This document shows, piece by piece, positions 36,721 to 45,559 of a stretch of DNA of 64,000 nucleotides; positions within the stretch are counted from its first letter, which is position 1; every line of letters starts with the position of its first letter. Below the pieces are notes generated by a model. The model saw only the letters and a program-made list of their open reading frames with translations. It was not told the DNA's origin and made no database searches. Position numbers and translations under genes: made by a program. The DNA comes from a virus (lineage: Duplodnaviria > Caudoviricetes): positions 160,001-224,000 of IMG/VR virus record IMGVR_UViG_3300038679_000357. One strand, 5' to 3'.

Positions 36721-37158
36721 TCAAGAAACGTCAAAAATCCATTGATATGATACAGTTCCTGTTCCAACCTTATTGGAATTCATTCTGACATTTAAATAAA
36801 CGTATTGAGACACTCGTGAAGATCTTCCACCAACGGTTACAGGGGTATTCACTCCTGCAAAAAACCTGGTCAACGTATTTCTAGGCACAAAATCGACATC
36901 GTGTTCGATACCAAAATTCCCATTGCCAGCCGATCCATCCGCCGTGATGTCAGTTGGAGAATCGTTAACTCCGATAAAATCAGAAGCTGTTATTTGAAGC
37001 CTCACATTGGAGATAGAATCAACTCCCTCAACTGTCAAATCAACAACTCTCACCGGACTATATTTTCCAACTGGAATGTGCCCAAATTCCAATTCATTCA
37101 CCACGCCGACAAATTTGCCGGTTGTTGGATTATACTCTCTAACAATGGTGGTGGGCAT
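36721..37158 (-). CDS. Small beta-sandwich virion-type protein
   Basis: 145 aa, beta-strand pattern; paralogous to the N-terminus of 34202..35092. Confidence 0.6.
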   Translation of the reverse strand: MPTTIVREYNPTTGKFVGVVNELEFGHIPVGKYSPVRVVDLTVEGVDSISNVRLQITASDFIGVNDSPTDITADGSAGNGNFGIEHDVDFVPRNTLTRFFAGVNTPVTVGGRSSRVSQYVYLNVRMNSNKVGTGTVSYQWIFDVS

Positions 37159-37225
37159 GAAATACCTCTTGAAAAAGCTTGTTGTTTAACATATTTTACC
37201 GATTATTTTCATAAAACACCTACCA

Positions 37226-38527
37226 TCAAGGAAGCATTGGTGGAGCCCATGGACCATCGGCAACAACCCTCCAGAAAGAGTACAACGGAGATATTCCGCT
37301 GTAAACTGTCGGCATAACGTGAGTGGCAACAACATTAAAAATACGCGGCATCCCTCCCTCAGACGGAGAAACCATAGAGGAGCCGTCAAAGTACATGAAT
37401 TCAGGTCTGGATAACTCATCATACGAAAAAGCATAATGAACCAGTGACGTAGAAAGAGGATCTGGAATAAGATCTCCTGGATCAGAAAAATAATCGACAA
37501 AATTAGGGCTGGTCCCGTAAATTACCTGTATGTGATAATCTGTACTCTGCCCAGAAGGAATTGACATTACAATAGACGGCGTATAAGACTGACCAACATC
37601 GTCAAAAGACGCCCTTGGAATAAATATCTTCGACGTCCATCCAGACGATCCTCCAATCCACTTAACCCGACTACACACGTAAAGAGGAGATGAAATCGGG
37701 ATTGAATTTGTAAAGAGAATCATCTTTTTTCCGGAATAAGAAGAGCTAACGCCAGAAAAAGGAAATGGCAAAATGGAATAACCATCAAAAAACCTAAACC
37801 CGGACGGATTAACACCACTATCGGCGTGAATGATGTAATCTCCACCAGAAAGATAGTAAGACGGCAGAGGAGACAAACCGACATAGACTTCAGCATGAAC
37901 ATTAAGAGACCACGTTATTCCTTCGCAAATATCAAATACTTGCGGAAAAACAGCCGATGGATCAAACGTATTCATCGATGGAGATGCATACGAAACATGC
38001 CTAATACCAGTAAACGAGCCATTTGCGACAAAAGAATCGGAAAGATAATATACTGGACGCCAATACACATATAACGGGGAGACGGGGCACGAAAGGTTAA
38101 GAATAATGAGTGATACGCTTTTTCCTATCTGACTAGATCCAAGACCGATATTCGCCCCAGAAGAAGGGAAGCAATATACCGAGTCAGATTCCAAGAAGAA
38201 GCCTCCTGCGTCATTGGAAAAACGCTCTGCAACCAACCCGTCTGTATCCCATCCAGTATACGAAAAATCAGGAGACGTCGAAACAACAACATGAAAATGT
38301 ACTCTATCATACAATGGATTGTATCCTGGAACGGTCATTCTGCAATGAATTCCGAATCCGGTAAAACTTGTCAGCGACAAATCAGCCGGTACGAGATCAT
38401 CAACCGAATCTCTCTTTGATGGAAGTGGACCAAAACCAACCGTTCCGGCGTTCAAAACAGCGGCGTTAACGCCTCCATCAAACCAAGCGAGCTTGGCATC
38501 AACTGGATACATCATGTCCCGCTGCAT
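37226..38527 (-). CDS. Virion-type protein with three internal repeated beta domains
   Basis: HFHVVVSTSPDF...SPLYVYWR, HAEVYVGLSP...SPLYVCSR and YHIQVIYGTSPNF...SPLYSFWR. The true start may be a few codons downstream. Confidence 0.6.
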   Translation of the reverse strand: MQRDMMYPVDAKLAWFDGGVNAAVLNAGTVGFGPLPSKRDSVDDLVPADLSLTSFTGFGIHCRMTVPGYNPLYDRVHFHVVVSTSPDFSYTGWDTDGLVAERFSNDAGGFFLESDSVYCFPSSGANIGLGSSQIGKSVSLIILNLSCPVSPLYVYWRPVYYLSDSFVANGSFTGIRHVSYASPSMNTFDPSAVFPQVFDICEGITWSLNVHAEVYVGLSPLPSYYLSGGDYIIHADSGVNPSGFRFFDGYSILPFPFSGVSSSYSGKKMILFTNSIPISSPLYVCSRVKWIGGSSGWTSKIFIPRASFDDVGQSYTPSIVMSIPSGQSTDYHIQVIYGTSPNFVDYFSDPGDLIPDPLSTSLVHYAFSYDELSRPEFMYFDGSSMVSPSEGGMPRIFNVVATHVMPTVYSGISPLYSFWRVVADGPWAPPMLP

Positions 38528-38528
38528 A

Positions 38529-38801
38529 TTACCACCTCCTCATCGCCCCGTCTAACGGACATCTTGCTGAGGCAAATTTTGTCTTGATAAGCATCACACA
38601 GCCACATACATCGCACATCCCGTTAGAAAATCTTGGACACAACTTACACATAGCTTGCCTTCTGGCAGACTCAGAATTACTAACAAACACCACTTTTTTC
38701 TTAAAATATGTCTTAAAAACCGATGGAATAAAACTCCATAGGCTTAAAACCCTCTTTGATATCTGTTTCCAAATACACTTCATGTGATAATTGTACATCA
38801 T
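38529..38801 (-). CDS. Small Cys-rich protein (DUF6171-like)
   Basis: RQAMCKLCPRF..GMCDVCGCVMLIKTKFASARCP pattern. Confidence 0.6.
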   Translation of the reverse strand: MMYNYHMKCIWKQISKRVLSLWSFIPSVFKTYFKKKVVFVSNSESARRQAMCKLCPRFSNGMCDVCGCVMLIKTKFASARCPLDGAMRRW

Positions 38802-39559
38802 TTTTCTACGTCAATGATTCCCTTCTCATAAACAGTAGAAAATCTTCCTATGAAATACTCTCCTGGAAATGAAAAATCTACAGATTGAGCGTAAACAATG
38901 TCGCCAACTCCATCTTCTGTTGCGGGAACTTCTTCCGTATCATCATGATAGGCAAGAACACTCCATTGCGCAGACAAATTATAGTCATACACGGTATTAA
39001 CCAACGGAATGTCAACATCAGACAACTCAGGAAGATAGAGGTCAGAGGTTCTTCCAGCGTCCGTCCATACGGTTCTTCCAATTATCTCAAAATTTCTGGA
39101 CGCAACGGGTATGGTATATCCAGGAGGAACAGCAGAAACCGTAGCAACTGTCGAAAAATCAAGAAACAGAACCCCCTTTCCAGAATTTACGTAAGACAAA
39201 ATATTTGCCTTTGACAACGGAGAAATATTATTGTTTCCAGCCCCTTCGACAATTAAACAATCATACTCATTCAATATGGATGACATCGACAACTTCCCGG
39301 CGTCAATCCTTTCTATAGAAACAAAATCAGCCTGAAAAATACCAGTATCAACTGAATCTACTCCATCGGCGATATCAACAACGGCGGCGGCAATTGATTC
39401 TCCATCTATCTTCCCTGACAACCATCCAAGAAGACGCCTACGAAACGTTGAGCTAACGGCTTCTCCATTAGTACATACTGCATTCAACCTTCCTGGAATA
39501 AAAGCAAATCTACCAGAACCATACGTTGCAACAGCAAGAGATATTGCTCTATAGCTCAC
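38798..39559 (-). CDS. Protein with class I glutamine amidotransferase-like (ThuA-type) fold segment
   Basis: LNEYDCLIVEG...LSKANILSYVNSGKGVLF resembles ThuA/GATase-like domains; GTG start overlapping the upstream stop. Confidence 0.45.
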   Translation of the reverse strand: MSYRAISLAVATYGSGRFAFIPGRLNAVCTNGEAVSSTFRRRLLGWLSGKIDGESIAAAVVDIADGVDSVDTGIFQADFVSIERIDAGKLSMSSILNEYDCLIVEGAGNNNISPLSKANILSYVNSGKGVLFLDFSTVATVSAVPPGYTIPVASRNFEIIGRTVWTDAGRTSDLYLPELSDVDIPLVNTVYDYNLSAQWSVLAYHDDTEEVPATEDGVGDIVYAQSVDFSFPGEYFIGRFSTVYEKGIIDVEK

Positions 39560-40506
39560 AAATTCACCTCATTGTTCGTCGGAGCTTCAAACGACAATGC
39601 AAACTCATGAATCACCGGAGATAATAGCGAATCATGCGAAGATAGTCTTGCTCCAACCTTAAACCTTTTACCAAAAGACGGGGGGATGGACACAATACGG
39701 TCAAGATCAATCGGAACGTAATCTTTCCAATCCCCAGACCCACCAGGACCGACTCCAAATACAATATCTGTTTTTCTTGGAATAGACATAGAAGCTGTGA
39801 GTAACGCATGACCAGGGGTTCCAGACTCTATTCTTATCGCATCGCTAAAGAAATACACCGAATGTGCCCCAACATAGGAAATTTCCATTTCAGCAACATA
39901 TGGTCGATCCACACGTGAGGAGGTTGACATTTCAACCATAAATTGCATGAATCTCCCCTTCAAATTAAATCGGTCAAGATCGATAATTAAGCGGTCTCCG
40001 TATAGATATGACTCTTCGCCACGATATCTATGCATCCAATCAGAAGATGCCAACGCCTCTTCGCTATCAGCAACCTTAACATAGATATCAACAAAGGAAT
40101 TTCCAGGAGTTGTCTGCTTCCAAGAAAAGGTTTTCCAGTAGCCAAGCCCATCGCCAGCGTTAAGTACATTAGATATGTACCTGCCATATACTACTTCCTT
40201 AATGTTTGCTCCATACACATCTCCGGCTGGGAAGGAAACATAACTTCCATCTTGATTAGCGGAAATAACTGCGTCAAAAAGGTCATACACCATCGAGAAA
40301 GAAGCAACGCCTGTTCGATCTCCATGACCATCATATACCGAAGAAAATATAGATGTTGGACCATATTTACCATACGATAAAGGAATGCTGGAAACAATAT
40401 ACGTATCGCCAGAGTCAGACAAGGCATAAACATTCCCTCTTCCAGAGTCATATACGACTGAGGAGAAACTTGAACCATCCTGCGTTGAAAGTATTTTTTT
40501 AAACAT
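39556..40506 (-). CDS. Virion structural protein (tail/baseplate region)
   Basis: WKTFSWKQTTPGNSFVDIYVKVAD...GRFMQFMVEMST...PYVAEMEISY, a pattern common in phage structural proteins. Confidence 0.55.
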   Translation of the reverse strand: MFKKILSTQDGSSFSSVVYDSGRGNVYALSDSGDTYIVSSIPLSYGKYGPTSIFSSVYDGHGDRTGVASFSMVYDLFDAVISANQDGSYVSFPAGDVYGANIKEVVYGRYISNVLNAGDGLGYWKTFSWKQTTPGNSFVDIYVKVADSEEALASSDWMHRYRGEESYLYGDRLIIDLDRFNLKGRFMQFMVEMSTSSRVDRPYVAEMEISYVGAHSVYFFSDAIRIESGTPGHALLTASMSIPRKTDIVFGVGPGGSGDWKDYVPIDLDRIVSIPPSFGKRFKVGARLSSHDSLLSPVIHEFALSFEAPTNNEVNL

Positions 40507-40509
40507 AAG

Positions 40510-41406
40510 TTACCCAGGAACCAAATAAATTGATGTATCGTTTCCAATCTGATCCGGCATTCCATTAGACTTGAACTTGACAGTTGAAAGTGCGACCGAT
40601 AGATCCGACGATCTTACATACGCCATTTCAATAGTAGGAGCGTTTCCGCCTCTAGGAACTGTTCCATAAGAAGCAACGCCAGAAGATAGAAGTGCCCCAT
40701 CATGTAAAAAGTTTAAGCCGCCAGTAAATATGTGCTTCCCAAGAATATATCCAGACAGATTTGGAAGACCAGAAGGCGGAGTTGCGACGGGCATGCTTCT
40801 ATTGACGTCATAAAACCAAGAAACAGACCAAGAAAAAGACGAATATGACAAACCCCTATCTCCACCATCAACTGCTATAAAAGAGGAAGAAGCCCCAGGA
40901 AGAACAGTTCCAGTTGACAATGGAGTGCTGTCATCCATAAACGGAGTCCAAACATACAATAAAGAAACAGACGGGTAGTAATCAACGCCGCCAACTACGA
41001 CCTGTGACATTGATAGGAATGAATCAGACACATACACCGAATGTGTCGTATCCATCGAACATATTTCCTGCCGCATGGCGATAAATTCACCAATCTTATA
41101 TGAATGCGACCTAACAGTAGACGTCCATACCTTTAATTGAATAGAGGCATTTTCCGTAACAGAAGAGGTAGGGACAAGTTCGTAAACAACTGACGCCCCC
41201 GATGAAGCTGGAATAGACTCTACGTGGAATGGATCAAAATCAAGAAGATATTTCCCATCATACCTCAAAGTAGAGAAAATTAACGAACCAGCATCAACTC
41301 CGATCAAGCAAGGTCCATACTCTTGCGATAAGCCAACACTTCTTTTTGGAGAGAGTTGAAAATATCTAATGCCGCTAACAGGATCAGGAATTTGTGTTAT
41401 CGACAC
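40510..41406 (-). CDS. Hypothetical virion-type protein
   Basis: Ser/Val-rich beta-type ORF within the structural block. Confidence 0.5.
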   Translation of the reverse strand: MSITQIPDPVSGIRYFQLSPKRSVGLSQEYGPCLIGVDAGSLIFSTLRYDGKYLLDFDPFHVESIPASSGASVVYELVPTSSVTENASIQLKVWTSTVRSHSYKIGEFIAMRQEICSMDTTHSVYVSDSFLSMSQVVVGGVDYYPSVSLLYVWTPFMDDSTPLSTGTVLPGASSSFIAVDGGDRGLSYSSFSWSVSWFYDVNRSMPVATPPSGLPNLSGYILGKHIFTGGLNFLHDGALLSSGVASYGTVPRGGNAPTIEMAYVRSSDLSVALSTVKFKSNGMPDQIGNDTSIYLVPG

Positions 41407-42205
41407 TTTTCACCTCCGCATCGTCGCCAACCTGATGAACATACAAATCAGGTCCGACTGCAATAAACAATTGATCAACAGAAGACGACATACTGCTTAT
41501 CGTCCCTCCAGAAAATCTATATTCCACGGAAACCTTACTTCCATTATAGGAATAAACAACTGGATTTTTTACCCCAGAAAAATACATTTTACCACCAACT
41601 GACGTCGAGGTTCCAACACCAATTTCGAAATGTGGATTTCCTGGAATTTCGCTCTTCGACGAAACAAAATTCTTTTTTCCAACGACAAATATCACACCAT
41701 CATCTTTCATAAACGACCAGGCATTTTCAGAGCGAACTCTCACCGTACCATCATCTCTTGAAAAAGCATAAATGCCGCCAGAATAATAGCAAAGAGAAGA
41801 GATATCTGTGAATGATTCGTAAATCTTCTTCCACTCATAACCATTGAATGATAAAATCATACCGGACGGAGATGTGGAAGCGTACATCGTATCACCATCG
41901 TCAACAATGGACGAAATGGAATAGTCGCCAGTTTGCACGTAAACGAATCTATTCCCAGTCGAAAAATTATGAATAAGTATAACTCCATTCGGAGAGGTGC
42001 CAATAAAGAGAGCGTTCCCAAAAACATGAAGAGACGAAACCATTGGGCTGTATGTACGTAAAAATTCATCATAGGATATGCCGTCGATAGTCCGATATAC
42101 AATCCCATTCTTAGACCCAACATAAGTCCAACCATCGTAAGAGCAAGAGCATGTTGCTCCACCAAACTGATCAATCGTAAATCTCGCCATCATAGATGTG
42201 TTCAT
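41384..42205 (-). CDS. Beta-propeller protein
   Basis: Repeated blades: WTYVGSKNGIVYR, ALFIGTSPNGVIL, TMYASTSPSGMILSF, KMYFSGVKNPVVYSY. Confidence 0.65.
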   Translation of the reverse strand: MNTSMMARFTIDQFGGATCSCSYDGWTYVGSKNGIVYRTIDGISYDEFLRTYSPMVSSLHVFGNALFIGTSPNGVILIHNFSTGNRFVYVQTGDYSISSIVDDGDTMYASTSPSGMILSFNGYEWKKIYESFTDISSLCYYSGGIYAFSRDDGTVRVRSENAWSFMKDDGVIFVVGKKNFVSSKSEIPGNPHFEIGVGTSTSVGGKMYFSGVKNPVVYSYNGSKVSVEYRFSGGTISSMSSSVDQLFIAVGPDLYVHQVGDDAEVKSVDNTNS

Positions 42206-43986
42206 TCTGGTAGCCTCGTTCCTTTTACGACACCAAACGGCAAATCAGTCGGTCCAAGTATATCGTTTCCATTGCCTTCGGCTTCATTTCTTCCACCACC
42301 AGAAAGATCGACGGACAATCGATCGACGTTATACTGTCCGACATTCAGTCCAGAAACAACCTTCAATCCAGAATTAACAGTAGCCGATACGGACGCGCTT
42401 GCCGACAAACGACCATAGTTTGCCGCAGGAAGAGAAATAGACCCTGAGTAGAATCCTGGAGGAATTCTACATTCCCTAATTACGACACCGAGATAAGAGA
42501 CCTCATATATTTTCATCGTTATTGCGTCAGCTAAAACAACTGTATTTACAGCACTCGGGAATGATGCTGTATCACGATACCCCCTACGCACTCCAGCCGC
42601 AAAAATTGATGGGCAAACACTCCATTCACCCTTCGGTCGAAGATACCAGTCAAACCACTTAACTAATCCATTTACATAAAAGACAAAAACTGAGCCTGAA
42701 TTTGGCTCGACATCAACTCTCAAAACATCGTTTACCCCGGTAGAAATTGATTTAACTTGAGACAGACCCTCGTAAAGTCTCAGTCTATTCGACGCCTTAT
42801 CATGAATATACAACCTACCATCAATAGACGCACCGCCAGAATCTGGATCATTCACGATGATTTCTCCAGCAATAGATAGCAACCCCTCAGAGACAAGAGT
42901 CGCCGTGCCACTCCCAACATCAAAGATCCAAGCTCGACCATCAGATATTGGAATAATGCAAGAAACGTCAGAAAAACCACTCATTCTATTGAGTTCTACT
43001 AAAAAATGATCAAAAAGAACGACATCAGTTCCATCAGCGACCCACACATATGGACACCTTCTGATCGATTCCTCATATATTTTCGGATAGTCCATACCAT
43101 CTATTTGAGTTACGGCGATGCATTTTGGAGATGAAGAAAGTGTTTTCGTTACGGCACCGCCATCAACCGAATACATTGACACCCACCCATATCCTGGAAC
43201 CCCTCTGTCAGACACCCAATATATATCACCACTTGTATCGCAAGAAATCATTGAAAATCTTGAGTCACTCAACACCCCAGTATCACGTAATACAACCTGG
43301 TTCGACCACGGATCTGTCAGAACCAATGTATCAGATCTTCTTGACAGCGAAACATACCCGGTTCCAAAGCGTGTTTTAGAAAGCGAGGATACACCGCCCC
43401 TAAGATGCATCGGGACTGAGTCATACGTAAAAATATCTGCAATTACGCATTCGTTCTGATAATCCATCCATTCATTATCAAAGGCGGTAAACTGACATCC
43501 ATAAATACTATCCAATCCAGAAATAGGTGCATTCACTGACGCGGTACAAACTCCATTGATAAATATTGCGAAAGTAGCACCCTCACCGAGAAATTTTGTA
43601 GACCAATCCCAACAAAACTCACACAAAAACATCTCTCCAGCCTTGATAGAGGATATCGTATCGACGATAGTGTGTTTACCGTCCATTGTCCAGATAGACA
43701 TTTCTATGCCGTTTCTAGTTAAAGCTGCATAAATGCCAGGTTGAATAAAATAATATCTGGAAGGATTAACGGCGAACAATAAATAATCAGAAAAATACGT
43801 TCCGGGAATACTTCTTGAATATACTCCAGATATGATGTTAGACGGCAACGACATCCTTATGCCAACTGCACCAGTCTTCATTGAAAAAAGACGCGAGGAA
43901 TCGTCGGAGTACATTCTGGTGTCCGACCTTACGTCCTTGACCAGAAACCTCCTTGTCAGCATCGATTCGGACACGGTTCCAATCAT
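42202..43986 (-). CDS. Lectin/ConA-like N-terminal domain plus beta-propeller protein
   Basis: FAIFINGVCTAS (ConA/LamG-like); C-terminal blades YVWVAD, AWIFD, LYIHD, VFVFY. Confidence 0.5.
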   Translation of the reverse strand: MIGTVSESMLTRRFLVKDVRSDTRMYSDDSSRLFSMKTGAVGIRMSLPSNIISGVYSRSIPGTYFSDYLLFAVNPSRYYFIQPGIYAALTRNGIEMSIWTMDGKHTIVDTISSIKAGEMFLCEFCWDWSTKFLGEGATFAIFINGVCTASVNAPISGLDSIYGCQFTAFDNEWMDYQNECVIADIFTYDSVPMHLRGGVSSLSKTRFGTGYVSLSRRSDTLVLTDPWSNQVVLRDTGVLSDSRFSMISCDTSGDIYWVSDRGVPGYGWVSMYSVDGGAVTKTLSSSPKCIAVTQIDGMDYPKIYEESIRRCPYVWVADGTDVVLFDHFLVELNRMSGFSDVSCIIPISDGRAWIFDVGSGTATLVSEGLLSIAGEIIVNDPDSGGASIDGRLYIHDKASNRLRLYEGLSQVKSISTGVNDVLRVDVEPNSGSVFVFYVNGLVKWFDWYLRPKGEWSVCPSIFAAGVRRGYRDTASFPSAVNTVVLADAITMKIYEVSYLGVVIRECRIPPGFYSGSISLPAANYGRLSASASVSATVNSGLKVVSGLNVGQYNVDRLSVDLSGGGRNEAEGNGNDILGPTDLPFGVVKGTRLPE

Positions 43987-44000
43987 TCAACATTCCTGGT

Positions 44001-44447
44001 CTAAGTTGCACTCGATGGAAAATTCACGTGATTTTTAACAATATCGTCAATCTCTTCAATAGTTGAAGATGATTCAATCATCTCTTTCAACCTATAAAAC
44101 TCATTTCTGAACGCAGAAACAACATTAAAAAAAGATTGTTTCTCGGAGTCGCTATAAATGCCAAGAGCTGCATTAACAAGCTTGTAGTCAGGAACAATCT
44201 TATTTCGCATAACAAAAGACATCGCAGAAATCTCTTCGATCGCCTCATTTTTTTTAACAAGGACATCCAACACCCACGACTGCCCATTCCACACACAATA
44301 ACGATTTGGTCTTTCTGAAACTTCAAAAAATGAAGAAGAGCGATTGATGATATCCTTTATGTCCGACTTATACTGTTCACTATCCTCGTCATAACTACTG
44401 ACATATGGAGTATATTTACCGTTGATTATAAAAAATTTCTTTACCAT
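44001..44447 (-). CDS. Tail fibre assembly/chaperone-like protein
   Basis: CVWNGQSWVLD...RLKEMIESSSTIEEIDDI pattern; immediately downstream of the fibre gene. Confidence 0.55.
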   Translation of the reverse strand: MVKKFFIINGKYTPYVSSYDEDSEQYKSDIKDIINRSSSFFEVSERPNRYCVWNGQSWVLDVLVKKNEAIEEISAMSFVMRNKIVPDYKLVNAALGIYSDSEKQSFFNVVSAFRNEFYRLKEMIESSSTIEEIDDIVKNHVNFPSSAT

Positions 44448-44454
44448 GAAATCC

Positions 44455-45549
44455 TCACTTTGCTAACGTAGCACCTAAAATTTCAAACGATGCACTTGCA
44501 GCAGATGTAGTTGAAATTTCCAATGTCAATGAAGTCTGTCCGCTATAAATTGGGACATAAATTAAAGCCTGACCATACTGAGCCTCATTAGACCCACCAA
44601 CACCAGCGCCGACTCTGTGAATTGCATAGCTTGTTCCAAAAATAGTAGCGTACACATATGCATCTCTCATAATAAGATTTGAATCACATACCCCAGTACA
44701 CCTTACATGAAATCCAGATATCTTACTGACATCAAAACCAACTCCGCCGTTAAACTCACTAATATCATAGATATACGTTCCATCAGATGTTTGAGTTAAA
44801 GACAAAGTATCATGACTTATAATTTGATAACCAATTGACTGAGTTATTGCCCCAGAATATTTAGGATCAGTTTTCGTTACATATTCATTTCCAGTACCTG
44901 GAGGTCCATATGTTCCGGTAAGCGCTATTTTTTGGTTAGCAGTCGGGAAGCGAGAATCATTACCAGCCGCCAGTGTATTAGGTACCTGTCCAACATCTCC
45001 ATTTGTGTTAAGAGCCTCGTACGTCACGTCACCAGAAACAATAAACGCAGAAGAATGATAAAGATTCCCATGCGTAACAGGAGTTCTAGCATCAGAATTT
45101 CTTGGATCAGTATCTGTAACATACTTATTTAATGCGGACGGAGATCCATTTGTTCCATTTAAAGCTGCTTTTTCATCTGTCGTTGGAATCCTCGGATCTG
45201 AATCGGTAACATACTTATTCAACGCAGATGGAGATCCATTTGTTCCTGGTAATGCTGCTTTTTCATCTGCTGTTGGAAGTCTTGGATCGTTATCTAGTCC
45301 ATCTTGAACAGCTTGTTCGACGGCAACCTTTTGTAAAATATCAGTGGAAGAAGCTACATTATAATCTTCATAACCAAAATATGGCAATACACTCCAATTT
45401 GTTACTCCATCGCCAATCTTTATCCGATCATGTCCGTCTGGTCTACGTTCTACGCCTATTTCACCGTCATAAAGAGCTTCATCGACATTAGTCCATTGCG
45501 TGCTTGACCCACGTCGATTCATAAATCTTGCAAATTCAGTTATAGGCAT
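44455..45549 (-). CDS. Tail fibre/receptor-binding protein with Mtd N-terminal-like domain
   Basis: RRGSSTQWTNVDEALYDGEIGVE...IKIGDGVTNWSVLPYF is the Mtd_N-type motif; it is followed by 30-aa repeats. Confidence 0.75.
   Translation of the reverse strand: MPITEFARFMNRRGSSTQWTNVDEALYDGEIGVERRPDGHDRIKIGDGVTNWSVLPYFGYEDYNVASSTDILQKVAVEQAVQDGLDNDPRLPTADEKAALPGTNGSPSALNKYVTDSDPRIPTTDEKAALNGTNGSPSALNKYVTDTDPRNSDARTPVTHGNLYHSSAFIVSGDVTYEALNTNGDVGQVPNTLAAGNDSRFPTANQKIALTGTYGPPGTGNEYVTKTDPKYSGAITQSIGYQIISHDTLSLTQTSDGTYIYDISEFNGGVGFDVSKISGFHVRCTGVCDSNLIMRDAYVYATIFGTSYAIHRVGAGVGGSNEAQYGQALIYVPIYSGQTSLTLEISTTSAASASFEILGATLAK
45101..45288 (-). repeat. 90-bp (30-aa) tandem duplication in the fibre gene
   Basis: DPRLPTADEKAALPGTNGSPSALNKYVTDS / DPRIPTTDEKAALNGTNGSPSALNKYVTDT; DNA units start at 45101 and 45191; a diverged third copy lies near 44860-44960. 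Confidence 0.9.
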
Positions 45550-45559
45550 TTTTCAGACC

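Noticed and set aside
44455-45549. Possible diversity-generating retroelement target (Mtd-like)
   Set aside because: Only the Mtd N-terminal anchor motif is present; no C-type lectin variable region, template repeat or reverse transcriptase is seen in the window.
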